A stretch of DNA of 64,000 nt from a bacterium (lineage in GTDB: Bacteria > Bacillota_I > Bacilli_A > RFN20 > CAG-826). The stretch lies in assembly GCA_963638555.1 (NCBI GenBank), contig CAVHQU010000001.1:169309-233308 (forward strand), written 5' to 3'. A program made the translations under genes and the position numbers. The notes under the pieces were generated by a model, which worked only from the letters and a program-made list of their open reading frames with translations, was not told the origin of the DNA and searched no databases. Positions 47,314-55,288 of this stretch are shown piece by piece. Numbering within the stretch: the stretch's first letter is position 1; each line of letters opens with the position of its first letter.

Positions 47314-47844
47314 ATGGGCTTTAAAACAGGCGGTGGCAATCATTTACAAGCATACGACATAAAAACCGGTCAATATACCGACGAGGAATTACATGAAATG
47401 AAGAAAAAGGATATGGAGAATCTAGTCTTTGTGCAATATATTTGGTTATGACATTTCAAAATATCCGTTCCATTATCCAAAAATGAAAATACATGATAGA
47501 GATTATTGTCAAACATTCATAGAATATTTCCGAAAACAGATAACTTCATTTCATATTGATAATCGTAAGATGCTATATCTCCTTACCTGGCACGAAAAGG
47601 ACGATAAAAGCAAATACCTTGAGAAAATAGGTTATTCAAAAGAAAGGCCTGATGAATTAAGTAAAGATTAAAATTTGCATTCAAAAGAGAAAGATTAATA
47701 TTTTCTAGATTGGACGAATATGGTTTGAATTGCGTCGAAGAAATCGAACTCAAAGGGCATAAAGTAAAAACATATTGGCAAATTAATTTAGATGATTCTT
47801 CAGCCAAATTTGTTACATTAATACCAGGAGGGTTAAAGAAATGA
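47314..47844 (+). pseudogene. Disrupted gene with DUF6883-like C-terminal region (three frame segments)
   Basis: Segment 1 (47314-47451) reads MGFKTGGGNHLQAYD... Segment 2 (47429-47671) reads ..LTWHEKDDKSKYLEKIGYSKERPDELSKD*. Segment 3 runs to 47844 (..LDEYGLNCVEEIELKGHKVKTYWQINLDDSSAKFVTLIPGG..). The final TGA overlaps the next ATG. Confidence 0.5.
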
Positions 47845-48050
47845 ACGTTAAAATTGGCGATTGCATAAAGACATTAGTAGATAAAACAACTTACATGGAA
47901 GATAGCGATTATTTTATCGTTAAAAAAGGAAGTGAAGGACTTGTATGCGAAGTCTACAACGATGGCGGAGTACTTGTCGAAATCGAAGAAAACGACGAAC
48001 ATCCGTTTGCATTAGTTTCTTACAGAGCAGATGAGTATGAAAAATCTTGA
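47841..48050 (+). CDS. DUF4926-like small protein
   Basis: 69 aa: KIGDCIKTLVD...VKKGSEGLVCEVYNDGGVLVEIEE...ALVSYRADEY. This fits the pattern of that family as I recall it. Confidence 0.55.
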   Translation: MNVKIGDCIKTLVDKTTYMEDSDYFIVKKGSEGLVCEVYNDGGVLVEIEENDEHPFALVSYRADEYEKS

Positions 48051-48061
48051 AAGCCTTTATT

Positions 48062-48294
48062 ATGTATAAAGTTAAGACTTCCATTAAAATTGGTTATCGC
48101 ATAAAACATTAGTAGATAAAACCACATATTGGGGAGATAGTGGCAATTTTCTATTGCCAAAAGGCAGTGAAGGCCTCGTATGTGAAGTTTATGATGAAAC
48201 GATTCTTGTGGAATTCGCAGAAACAAGTGAACGTTCATTCGCTTTACAAGACTATAAAATCGGCGAATACGAAATAATAAGTAAGGACGATTGA
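48062..48294 (+). pseudogene. Second DUF4926-like copy inactivated by a 1-nt deletion
   Basis: Copy 1 reads attggcgattgcataaagacattagtagat. Copy 2 reads attggttatcgcataaaacattagtagat, which is one base shorter and gives TAG TAG in frame. Downstream the shifted frame reads LVDKTTYWGDSGNFLLPKGSEGLVCEVYDETILVEFAE... Confidence 0.55.
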
Positions 48295-48302
48295 GAATTC
48301 AA

Positions 48303-49112
48303 TTATTTCTCAATAACCATAACATTTACTCTGCCTGTTGCAACAGTGCGCGCATCTAAGGCGATAATCTTGTTTTTATCGTCTTTGAATATAGGATTTG
48401 TTTTAGCAACTTCTTCGTTAAAAGAGTCTGGAGCGAGATATCGATAGAATGCTGAAGAATGCCAATGGCCAACAACTAAAGTTTTGCCTTTAGCCTCTTC
48501 GGGATTGAAATATCCTTCTAAATACATAATATATGGGCAACCCCATGCTGCGTTTTCCCAAATCTTTTCATCAGTTTGGTTTCTCCAATTTGGATCGTAT
48601 TTAAAACCAAAAAACGTACATTGCGTATCAAGTCTATCCATATTCTTTAAAGGAATAAATGAGTGAACAAAAATAAGGTTATCTAATTCAAAATAGTTAA
48701 CCCATTCATCAGAAAACATCCAATCAACTATTTCTTTGATTATTCTTGCGTGCAAGTGATTAGAAAGAAAAGATGGTCCACATTCCTCCGGATCCAACTT
48801 ATAATTGCCTGCTTCGAGAAATTGAAAAAATGTTTTGCTAGTCCCATTGGTGTTATCCCATATATCAGGATATTTTTTATGCGATAATTCTCTAAATAGA
48901 TATTCATGATTTCCTCTAATTAGAATTCTTCTATCTCTAGGCAAAGTTTTAATCCATTTATAGAGCTTCACCGCTTCATTGCCTCTATCAAAAAGATCAC
49001 CGCAAATAATAATTTTATGTTCTGGATTTTCTCTATCAAATCCAGCTTCTGATAAAGCCTTCATATATATTGAGAAGAATCCATGAATATCACTGGAAAC
49101 GAAGTATTTCAT
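48303..49112 (-). CDS. Metallophosphoesterase (lambda-phosphatase/PrpA-like Ser/Thr phosphatase fold)
   Basis: Motifs SDIHG, GDLFDRGNE and RGNHE. SD aagggg. Confidence 0.75.
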   Translation of the reverse strand: MKYFVSSDIHGFFSIYMKALSEAGFDRENPEHKIIICGDLFDRGNEAVKLYKWIKTLPRDRRILIRGNHEYLFRELSHKKYPDIWDNTNGTSKTFFQFLEAGNYKLDPEECGPSFLSNHLHARIIKEIVDWMFSDEWVNYFELDNLIFVHSFIPLKNMDRLDTQCTFFGFKYDPNWRNQTDEKIWENAAWGCPYIMYLEGYFNPEEAKGKTLVVGHWHSSAFYRYLAPDSFNEEVAKTNPIFKDDKNKIIALDARTVATGRVNVMVIEK

Positions 49113-49139
49113 ATATACGTACCCCTTGTTTTTATATTT

Positions 49140-50282
49140 TTATAAGTTGTTAAAAAGTCTTTCAAAAAGTTCTTTCCAAGAATTTTCAATGTTTTTTTCT
49201 TGGTATTTTTCTGCAAATTCATATGTGCTTCGTTTAAGGGATTGAAGCTTGTCTTTGTCTTTTAAGAGTTCAATTATCTTATTAGCAAAAGCATCTGGAT
49301 CATTTGAATCAATAACATAACCGTTAATATCATTTTTTATTACGGAACTCGTTGGGTCGCCCATCTCTTTCCAAATAGTTGGAACTGAGAGAGTATTGGC
49401 CTCAATAACAGTTAAAGGGAAACCTTCAAATTTAGATGTAATTAAATAAAGATCGCTTTCTAGATAATGAGGTTCTAATTGAGATATGCCTGATATCAAA
49501 TGAACGTTTTTTAGATTATTTTCTTTGATATAGTTTTCCATTTTTGGCTTCATGCTGCCATTACCATATATGTTAAAAACATACTTGAAACCTTTTTCAT
49601 CTAGAGATTTAGCCACCTTTAGTAACATCATCGGATCTTTTTGATCTTCGAACCTGCAAGCGCTCATGATGGTGTTGCTATGATATTCAAAATTCTCTTT
49701 TCTTTTAAATCTTGATGGATTGTAGATTACTGAACTAGGAAGTTTGTTATCTTTATCGATTGCTTTTCTGGTCGCATCAGTAAGAAAAATGTAATAAGAA
49801 GGTTTCTTCGATAAGCATCTGAATATTTTTGAAACAAACGATTTATATAATTTTGAGTTGAAATGAAAATGCTGAACAATAAATCTGTTTTTTGGTGCAA
49901 ACAAAAGAAGCTCTTGGCTAGCAAAAACGAAAATATCATCTTTGCTTGACATCTTTTCTAGCTTTTTTCTCCATTTGAATCTTCCAAACGTATATTCATG
50001 AAGACACGTAAATAGAAGTTTTAAGGCTTTAAGATAATGATGGTCATTCCATTTCTTGCCAAAATTAGAATCCAATTGAGATATTTCATCTTTAAAAGAA
50101 ATATCTTCCAAAACGATGTTCTTGGGAAGATCGTATTTTATTTTTTCTCTATCTATTTTAGAAAACGGAATGAGGTGAATCTCATAATCATTCTCTAACA
50201 TCCTAATAATTTGGAGGGTAACCATTTCGGTTCCTCCAATATTATTAAGTTGTTGAATGCACCAATAGATTTTTTTCTTCAT
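49140..50282 (-). CDS. Glycosyltransferase, GT-B fold (GT4-like)
   Basis: 380 aa with a C-terminal EGFPLTVIEA block typical of GT4. TATAAT lies 6 nt upstream of the ATG with no SD. Confidence 0.7.
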   Translation of the reverse strand: MKKKIYWCIQQLNNIGGTEMVTLQIIRMLENDYEIHLIPFSKIDREKIKYDLPKNIVLEDISFKDEISQLDSNFGKKWNDHHYLKALKLLFTCLHEYTFGRFKWRKKLEKMSSKDDIFVFASQELLLFAPKNRFIVQHFHFNSKLYKSFVSKIFRCLSKKPSYYIFLTDATRKAIDKDNKLPSSVIYNPSRFKRKENFEYHSNTIMSACRFEDQKDPMMLLKVAKSLDEKGFKYVFNIYGNGSMKPKMENYIKENNLKNVHLISGISQLEPHYLESDLYLITSKFEGFPLTVIEANTLSVPTIWKEMGDPTSSVIKNDINGYVIDSNDPDAFANKIIELLKDKDKLQSLKRSTYEFAEKYQEKNIENSWKELFERLFNNL

Positions 50283-50323
50283 GAAGATATTATACTAAAT
50301 ATTCTCAGTCTTTACCCTTAAAT

Positions 50324-51601
50324 CTACACACGCACCCCTTCTTTTTGATATTTATCCTTAATTTTTATAATTTGAGAACGCGCAAGAATTTCTTTCTTAG
50401 CAAGCTCATGAGCGAGTTCATCTAAGAATGGGCGATTATCAATTAACATTTGTTTTGTTTTAGCATAGAAAACGTTCATCTCATGTGCAATGAGGTTGTT
50501 TTGCTTAGTCTTCAAATCTTCCGAAGCCGTCCTACCATCACAAATCATTGCATCAAATCCGTAAGCGCCAAGCGTTGGATATCTATGGAGAATTCTATAA
50601 GCTCTATCAACGTCGCTTTCGACACCCATATCTTCTTCGCCATAAACGATTTCAGTCGCAGCCTTGCCAGCTAATAAAGCCATAACTCTGTTATCCATAT
50701 TAGATTTATATGCCCAATAATCGTCCGGATTGCTCAAAGAAGTGAAACCAGCATTATCGCTATAATGGTTCTTAATAGTAAGAAGATTAACGCATCCAGG
50801 ATTGAGAATTTCAGCAATAACAGCATGCCCCGCTTCGTGATAAGCCGTTCTTAAGGCGACTTCTGGTGAATATCCACTTTCGCCTTCTGGAGCGCGGTAA
50901 ATGATTCTCATACATGCGTTAATGATATCCTCTTCTTCAATCGCTTTTTTATTGTTATACCCAGCATACAGTCCAGCAAGATTAATTACACTTTCAAGTT
51001 CAGCGCATGAATGACCGCTTAATAATCTAGCAATGTCCTCTGGGTTAATTCCTTCAACGTGGACCTTATTCGATAAATAATACTTAACGATTCCCGTTGC
51101 TTCATCAGTTCTAGGGGCATCAACTTTTATGACAGTATCAAACCTTCCAGCACGGATTAGAGAATCAGGAAGAGATTCCAGTGAATTTGTTGTAGCAAGA
51201 ACAAACACGCCTTTGTTTTTTACTTCATCAATGCAAGATTGAACAGTAATGTATTCCTCTGCGTTGCGGTGAAAATCATCTTCATTGGCGAACTTATCCA
51301 TATCATCCAAGAAGACAATAGATGGAGCATTCTCTAAAGCCAAATTGAATGCATTTCTAATTTGATTAACAAACTCTCCATCAGATTTATCTTTTCTACA
51401 CGTATATGCCTTTAACCCAGATTCTTCAATAAAGCAATTTGCCATGAGAGTTTTGCCAAGTCCTGGTTCACCATCTAATAACAATCCTTGTGAAAGGGTT
51501 ATTCCTAATTCTTCGTATTTCTTTCTGTTCTTAATTGAATCGCAAAGCCTTGCTAATTCTTTTTTGATTGATGAATAGCCAATAATTTTTTCAAAGCCCA
51601 T
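50324..51601 (-). CDS. Soluble FtsH-like protein: AAA+ ATPase fused to M41 zinc-peptidase domain, no TM segments
   Basis: Walker A GEPGLGKT, Walker B VFLDDMD, second region of homology TNSLESLPDSLIRAGRFD and zinc motif HEAGHAV. Only 425 aa and starts directly at the AAA module. Confidence 0.75.
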   Translation of the reverse strand: MGFEKIIGYSSIKKELARLCDSIKNRKKYEELGITLSQGLLLDGEPGLGKTLMANCFIEESGLKAYTCRKDKSDGEFVNQIRNAFNLALENAPSIVFLDDMDKFANEDDFHRNAEEYITVQSCIDEVKNKGVFVLATTNSLESLPDSLIRAGRFDTVIKVDAPRTDEATGIVKYYLSNKVHVEGINPEDIARLLSGHSCAELESVINLAGLYAGYNNKKAIEEEDIINACMRIIYRAPEGESGYSPEVALRTAYHEAGHAVIAEILNPGCVNLLTIKNHYSDNAGFTSLSNPDDYWAYKSNMDNRVMALLAGKAATEIVYGEEDMGVESDVDRAYRILHRYPTLGAYGFDAMICDGRTASEDLKTKQNNLIAHEMNVFYAKTKQMLIDNRPFLDELAHELAKKEILARSQIIKIKDKYQKEGVRV

Positions 51602-52093
51602 AATATTGTTCCTTTCTTAATTATCAATGTAGACGCATGAATAAAGTCGTTGCTGAAAATTAGGTTTTATAACCTTTATTGCTGTTATCTTTATCAGTAA
51701 GTGTATTTTCTGAATTTTGAGGTTGTTAACTTTAGCCTACTCAATAGTGTTATCAAGCATTCGCCTTAACAATAACTTCATACCCCCTCTTCAATAACAT
51801 TAAAGTGAAATGTTTGGTAATACTAAAAAATAATCAACAAATACTATTATCAAGTAAACTACATTTAGTCGATTAACCCGCTGTAGTGTGTAGTATTGGG
51901 TTTTGATCGATGTGGCTATAAGTATAGTTGTAGGTTAATATTTTGTCAATCTATGAACGTGATTAAAATAATATAATAAATTTATTTATTATATTTTTTT
52001 AAATGTTTTCATTATAACGACCGTTTAGCGCATAAAGAAAGGTGAGCAAATTTTCTTCGTCTCTTATATGTCTTTTTTTAATTTATTGCAGGA

Positions 52094-53389
52094 TTAATTT
52101 TTCAAACAACTGATAGGAACAACACAAACCCCATCTTCTCTTCTATAGCATGAACCATGACTCGTTAAAACCATTTTAAATTTTGGCGCCTCATGATTGC
52201 TAGCTACAACCCTTTTCTCAAATAATTTTAAAGAATTAGCTCCTTTTTCTATATTATCGGGGTCTGCCAATTTAATTTCTATTGCACCATATTTGCCATT
52301 TGGCAATTCAACAATGGCGTCTACTTCTTGCCCACTGCTGTCTCTATAGTGTTTAATCGTTGCATCTATAGACTCGGAATATACAGATAAATCTCTGATT
52401 GCAAAATCTTCGAAGAATAAGCCAAATGAATTTAAGTCATTCAGTAGATCGCTTGGATTTATCCCTAAACAAGCAGCCGCAATAGACGTATCAATGAAAT
52501 GATGAGTTGGAGCGTTTCTAACGGAAACAGAGCTTCTCAGATTAAGATTCCAGGCAGGCATATCATAGACAATAAACAAATCCTTCAAAACTTTAACATA
52601 AGTGTCAAACGTATCTTCATCTAGTTTTGATCTATTCCCAGATTCAATAATATCAGATATCATTTTCGTCTTTTTGGCTTGTGTAGATATATTTCTTGCA
52701 TATGATTTTAAAATTAAAGTCAACAGATCAATATTTTTACCTTTTAAAAATAGCGAAAAATCATCATTCTCATCTTCAATCGTGAATAAACCTTTATAAT
52801 AGTTTTTAGTGATACGTATCGCTTGTTCCGGATTGCTAACCTTGCTGGCCAAAGGCCATCCTCCCCTGCAAATTAGATTTGCAATATCGCTCAACGAAAT
52901 AGAATTGTCATAGTCAAATAAATTTTTAAATTCATAATCGTTCTCTTCAAAAAGAGACCTCAAAGAAACAATTCCAAGTGATTCTCCAGACTCATATAAA
53001 GTAAAAGGCTTGAGCGTCATTGAAACTATTCTTCCAGCGCCAGAATGTTGTATTTGTTGTGCACCGACTGGAGTTGTACTTCCAGTGATTATGTATTTTC
53101 CGAAAACATAATCATGGTCCAAATCGCTTTTTATGTAATTCCATATGTCAGGAACTTTTTGCCATTCATCAATCAAATGCGGATACTCGCCAACCAGTGC
53201 GCATCTTGGGTCAGCTTTCGCTAATCCAATGGCATTGGCCGTCTTCAATTCGGTAATCGATTTAGCGTATTGGGTACACATTGTTGATTTTCCGCAAAAT
53301 TTTGGCCCTGTCACCAAAACACAGCCCATTGAACTCAAATTTAATTTCAACGCATCTTCTGCAAGTCTTTTTATATATCTATCTGCCAT
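52094..53389 (-). CDS. AAA_14/DUF4143-type ATPase (COG1373-like)
   Basis: P-loop VTGPKFCGKST near the N-terminus. 431-aa architecture typical of DUF4143 ATP-binding proteins (from memory). SD gaggtg; TATAAT at 53409-53414 on the minus strand. Confidence 0.65.
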   Translation of the reverse strand: MADRYIKRLAEDALKLNLSSMGCVLVTGPKFCGKSTMCTQYAKSITELKTANAIGLAKADPRCALVGEYPHLIDEWQKVPDIWNYIKSDLDHDYVFGKYIITGSTTPVGAQQIQHSGAGRIVSMTLKPFTLYESGESLGIVSLRSLFEENDYEFKNLFDYDNSISLSDIANLICRGGWPLASKVSNPEQAIRITKNYYKGLFTIEDENDDFSLFLKGKNIDLLTLILKSYARNISTQAKKTKMISDIIESGNRSKLDEDTFDTYVKVLKDLFIVYDMPAWNLNLRSSVSVRNAPTHHFIDTSIAAACLGINPSDLLNDLNSFGLFFEDFAIRDLSVYSESIDATIKHYRDSSGQEVDAIVELPNGKYGAIEIKLADPDNIEKGANSLKLFEKRVVASNHEAPKFKMVLTSHGSCYRREDGVCVVPISCLKN

Positions 53390-53440
53390 ATAAGCACCTC
53401 ACATAAAAATTATATTCCTATCTCACTGATAAACAATATT

Positions 53441-53509
53441 ATTTTCGGTGTTTTGAAACTTTTATTTTCGGTGTTTTGAAACTTTTATTTTCGGTGTTTT
53501 GAAACTTTT
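53441..53509. repeat. Three perfect head-to-tail copies of a 23-bp unit ATTTTCGGTGTTTTGAAACTTTT
   Basis: Copies at 53441-53463, 53464-53486 and 53487-53509. Each holds a small palindrome GTTT-TG-AAAC. The array abuts the -35 region of the DUF4143 ATPase promoter. Confidence 0.9.
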
Positions 53510-53515
53510 AAATCA

Positions 53516-53547
53516 TTAAAAAAGAAAAAAGCTCGTTGACCGAGCTT
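53516..53547 (-). terminator. Rho-independent terminator of the 59.2-53.5 kb operon
   Basis: Stem aagctcg/cgagctt with a 5-nt loop. On the minus strand ttttttctttttt follows it. Confidence 0.7.
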
Positions 53548-53548
53548 A

Positions 53549-54250
53549 TCATTTCTTGAAATCTTCGTTTACTTTTTTCTCTACTTCATTGCAAATAACT
53601 TGTAATGAGCAGGAATGGCAATCCATTTTTACCTTATTCATCAAATGATCTAACGCTTTAGTAATGTTTTCACATTTCGTTACAATTGCGCTTAGCTCAT
53701 CGTATTTGTATTCATCAAAAGTAACAAAGATTGTCTTAACATTTTTAACAAAAGGGAGTTCTTTGTATTTGGAAATGAAATAATTTCCAAGCTTAGAAAA
53801 ATCTAAATGATCTTTTTTTAAAGAATTTTTAGAAACCAGAAGGCTTTCTTTTTTATTGAAAGCGGATTCTCTAACCATAACACCATCATAAGCAAAATGA
53901 TATTTCACATAGTCAAACTTACGAATGCTGTTATAAAGGACGTTTCCAGAGCCCATAAGGTCGTTATTAACGCTTGCAACGGTAATCCTCGCATAATTCC
54001 CATCGCCGTTAATTGAATTCAAATCTTGACCTATTAGAAGAATCTCATCATCGAATTCAGAATCAGTTAATAAATCGAGAACAACCCCTTTAAATTGGCT
54101 TGCACCTAATTCAAAGGCTTTTTCATTGCTGAAAATTAGTTGATTGTTATTCTCAATAAATGTTTGATTTTGATTGAGAGTTAGTCTTTTTGCTTCGTAT
54201 TTATTGTTGATTTCATTAACGTCATTAACTAAATCATCAAAAATAAACAT
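53549..54250 (-). CDS. Acetyl-CoA-synthase (CdhC/AcsB) middle-domain-like protein ending in a Cys cluster
   Basis: 233 aa. Colinear by eye with the central part of Moorella AcsB as I recall it: AFEL; D.EILLIGQDL vs DGKIEVIGPDI; LLVSKNS vs LRVSKDA; VKTIFVTFDE vs VQVTIFTDE. It ends in CHSCSLQVIC, where ACS has C-x2-C-x8-C. Confidence 0.55.
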   Translation of the reverse strand: MFIFDDLVNDVNEINNKYEAKRLTLNQNQTFIENNNQLIFSNEKAFELGASQFKGVVLDLLTDSEFDDEILLIGQDLNSINGDGNYARITVASVNNDLMGSGNVLYNSIRKFDYVKYHFAYDGVMVRESAFNKKESLLVSKNSLKKDHLDFSKLGNYFISKYKELPFVKNVKTIFVTFDEYKYDELSAIVTKCENITKALDHLMNKVKMDCHSCSLQVICNEVEKKVNEDFKK

Positions 54251-54252
54251 AA

Positions 54253-54471
54253 CTAGATTTTACGGTTTCTTTTCTTCTTGTCGTAGATCTTTGTTAAAAG
54301 AGGCTCCAAAGAAGAAGTTAATTTCATATCTAAGTTGAAGAAATAGATAATGAACAATAAGCCAAAGAGAGCAATGAATGCGCCAATGACCGTGCAAAGG
54401 ATGCTAATCCACAAAGCCCAGTTCAGATATGGGAAAAGTGTCCAGCTTAAGACAATTAAAGCGGTACCCAT
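54253..54471 (-). CDS. 72-aa two-TM peptide
   Basis: Two hydrophobic helices and a basic tail (KKKRNRKI). Gaps of 2 nt to both neighbouring genes. Confidence 0.5.
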   Translation of the reverse strand: MGTALIVLSWTLFPYLNWALWISILCTVIGAFIALFGLLFIIYFFNLDMKLTSSLEPLLTKIYDKKKRNRKI

Positions 54472-54473
54472 AT

Positions 54474-55280
54474 TTATCTTCCTCCTGCTAAGCCTTTTTG
54501 ACGGGCATATTCAGCAGCACCTAAAGCGCCCATTAATTGAGGATCGATAGGGAGGTTGACAACCTTTAAGTGTAAAACCTTTTCAATCGCGTCTTTTAAG
54601 CCATCGTTTTTAGCACAGCCACCAGTTAAGGTAATGTTATCAACTGCTCCAGCTTTCTTTGCCATGACGAAGCATCTTTTTGCAACTGAGAATTCAATGC
54701 CTGCAGCAATTTCGTCCATTGGTTTTCCTTCACCAACTAATGAGATAACTTCGGATTCAGCAAAAACCGTGCATTGAGCAGTGATAGGAATAATATTCTT
54801 TGCTTTCAAAGAAAGTTTTGAGAAAGTGTCTAAATCCATCTCGAAGGCTCTAGACATCGCTTCAAAGAATCTTCCTGTGCCAGCAGCGCATTTATCATTC
54901 ATAGCGAAATTAAGGACTGTTCCATCCGTATCAACGGCAATGCCTTTAACGTCTTGCCCACCAATATCAATAATTGCTTTGACGTTTGGATCAGTAACGT
55001 GGACACCCATCGCGTGGCAGGAAATCTCAGAAATATTTTCATCCGCAAAAGGAACTTTGTTTCTGCCATATCCTGTGCCAACCAAGTAAGATAAGTCTTT
55101 AGGGGAATTTAATCCTTCGACTTGAACAATTGCTTGATCTAAAGCATCTTGAGCGCTTAAAACGGAATTAATTCTGCTTCTTAAGGTAACATTTGCTACC
55201 ATCTTACCAGTTTCGTCGACAATAACGCATTTTGTATAGGTACTGCCGGAATCACAACCACCAAAATATTTCATATTCAT
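54474..55280 (-). CDS. ATP-dependent activase of 2-hydroxyacyl-CoA dehydratase / benzoyl-CoA reductase type (BcrAD_BadFG, HgdC-like)
   Basis: GGCDSGSTYTKCVI, DIGGQD, DKCAAGTGRFFE and QCTVFAESEVISL, including the cluster-bridging Cys. Confidence 0.85.
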   Translation of the reverse strand: MNMKYFGGCDSGSTYTKCVIVDETGKMVANVTLRSRINSVLSAQDALDQAIVQVEGLNSPKDLSYLVGTGYGRNKVPFADENISEISCHAMGVHVTDPNVKAIIDIGGQDVKGIAVDTDGTVLNFAMNDKCAAGTGRFFEAMSRAFEMDLDTFSKLSLKAKNIIPITAQCTVFAESEVISLVGEGKPMDEIAAGIEFSVAKRCFVMAKKAGAVDNITLTGGCAKNDGLKDAIEKVLHLKVVNLPIDPQLMGALGAAEYARQKGLAGGR

Positions 55281-55288
55281 TTATCTCC

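Noticed and set aside
48020-48238. 72-aa minus-strand track ORF
   Set aside because: It lies antisense to the second (frameshifted) DUF4926-like copy, whose homology to 47841-48050 explains the sequence.
51965-51995. Perfect AT-only inverted repeat aatataataaat-tt-atttattatatt followed by T's, considered as a terminator or ncRNA in the 490-nt gap 51602-52093
   Set aside because: The stem is made only of A-T pairs, so it is weak, and it does not sit directly behind either flanking gene. I found no conserved RNA motifs (tRNA, SRP, tmRNA, RNase P) in the gap. It is left unannotated.
53441-53509. Possible CRISPR array
   Set aside because: The three 23-bp units are contiguous with no spacers, and there are no cas genes. 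This is a simple tandem repeat.
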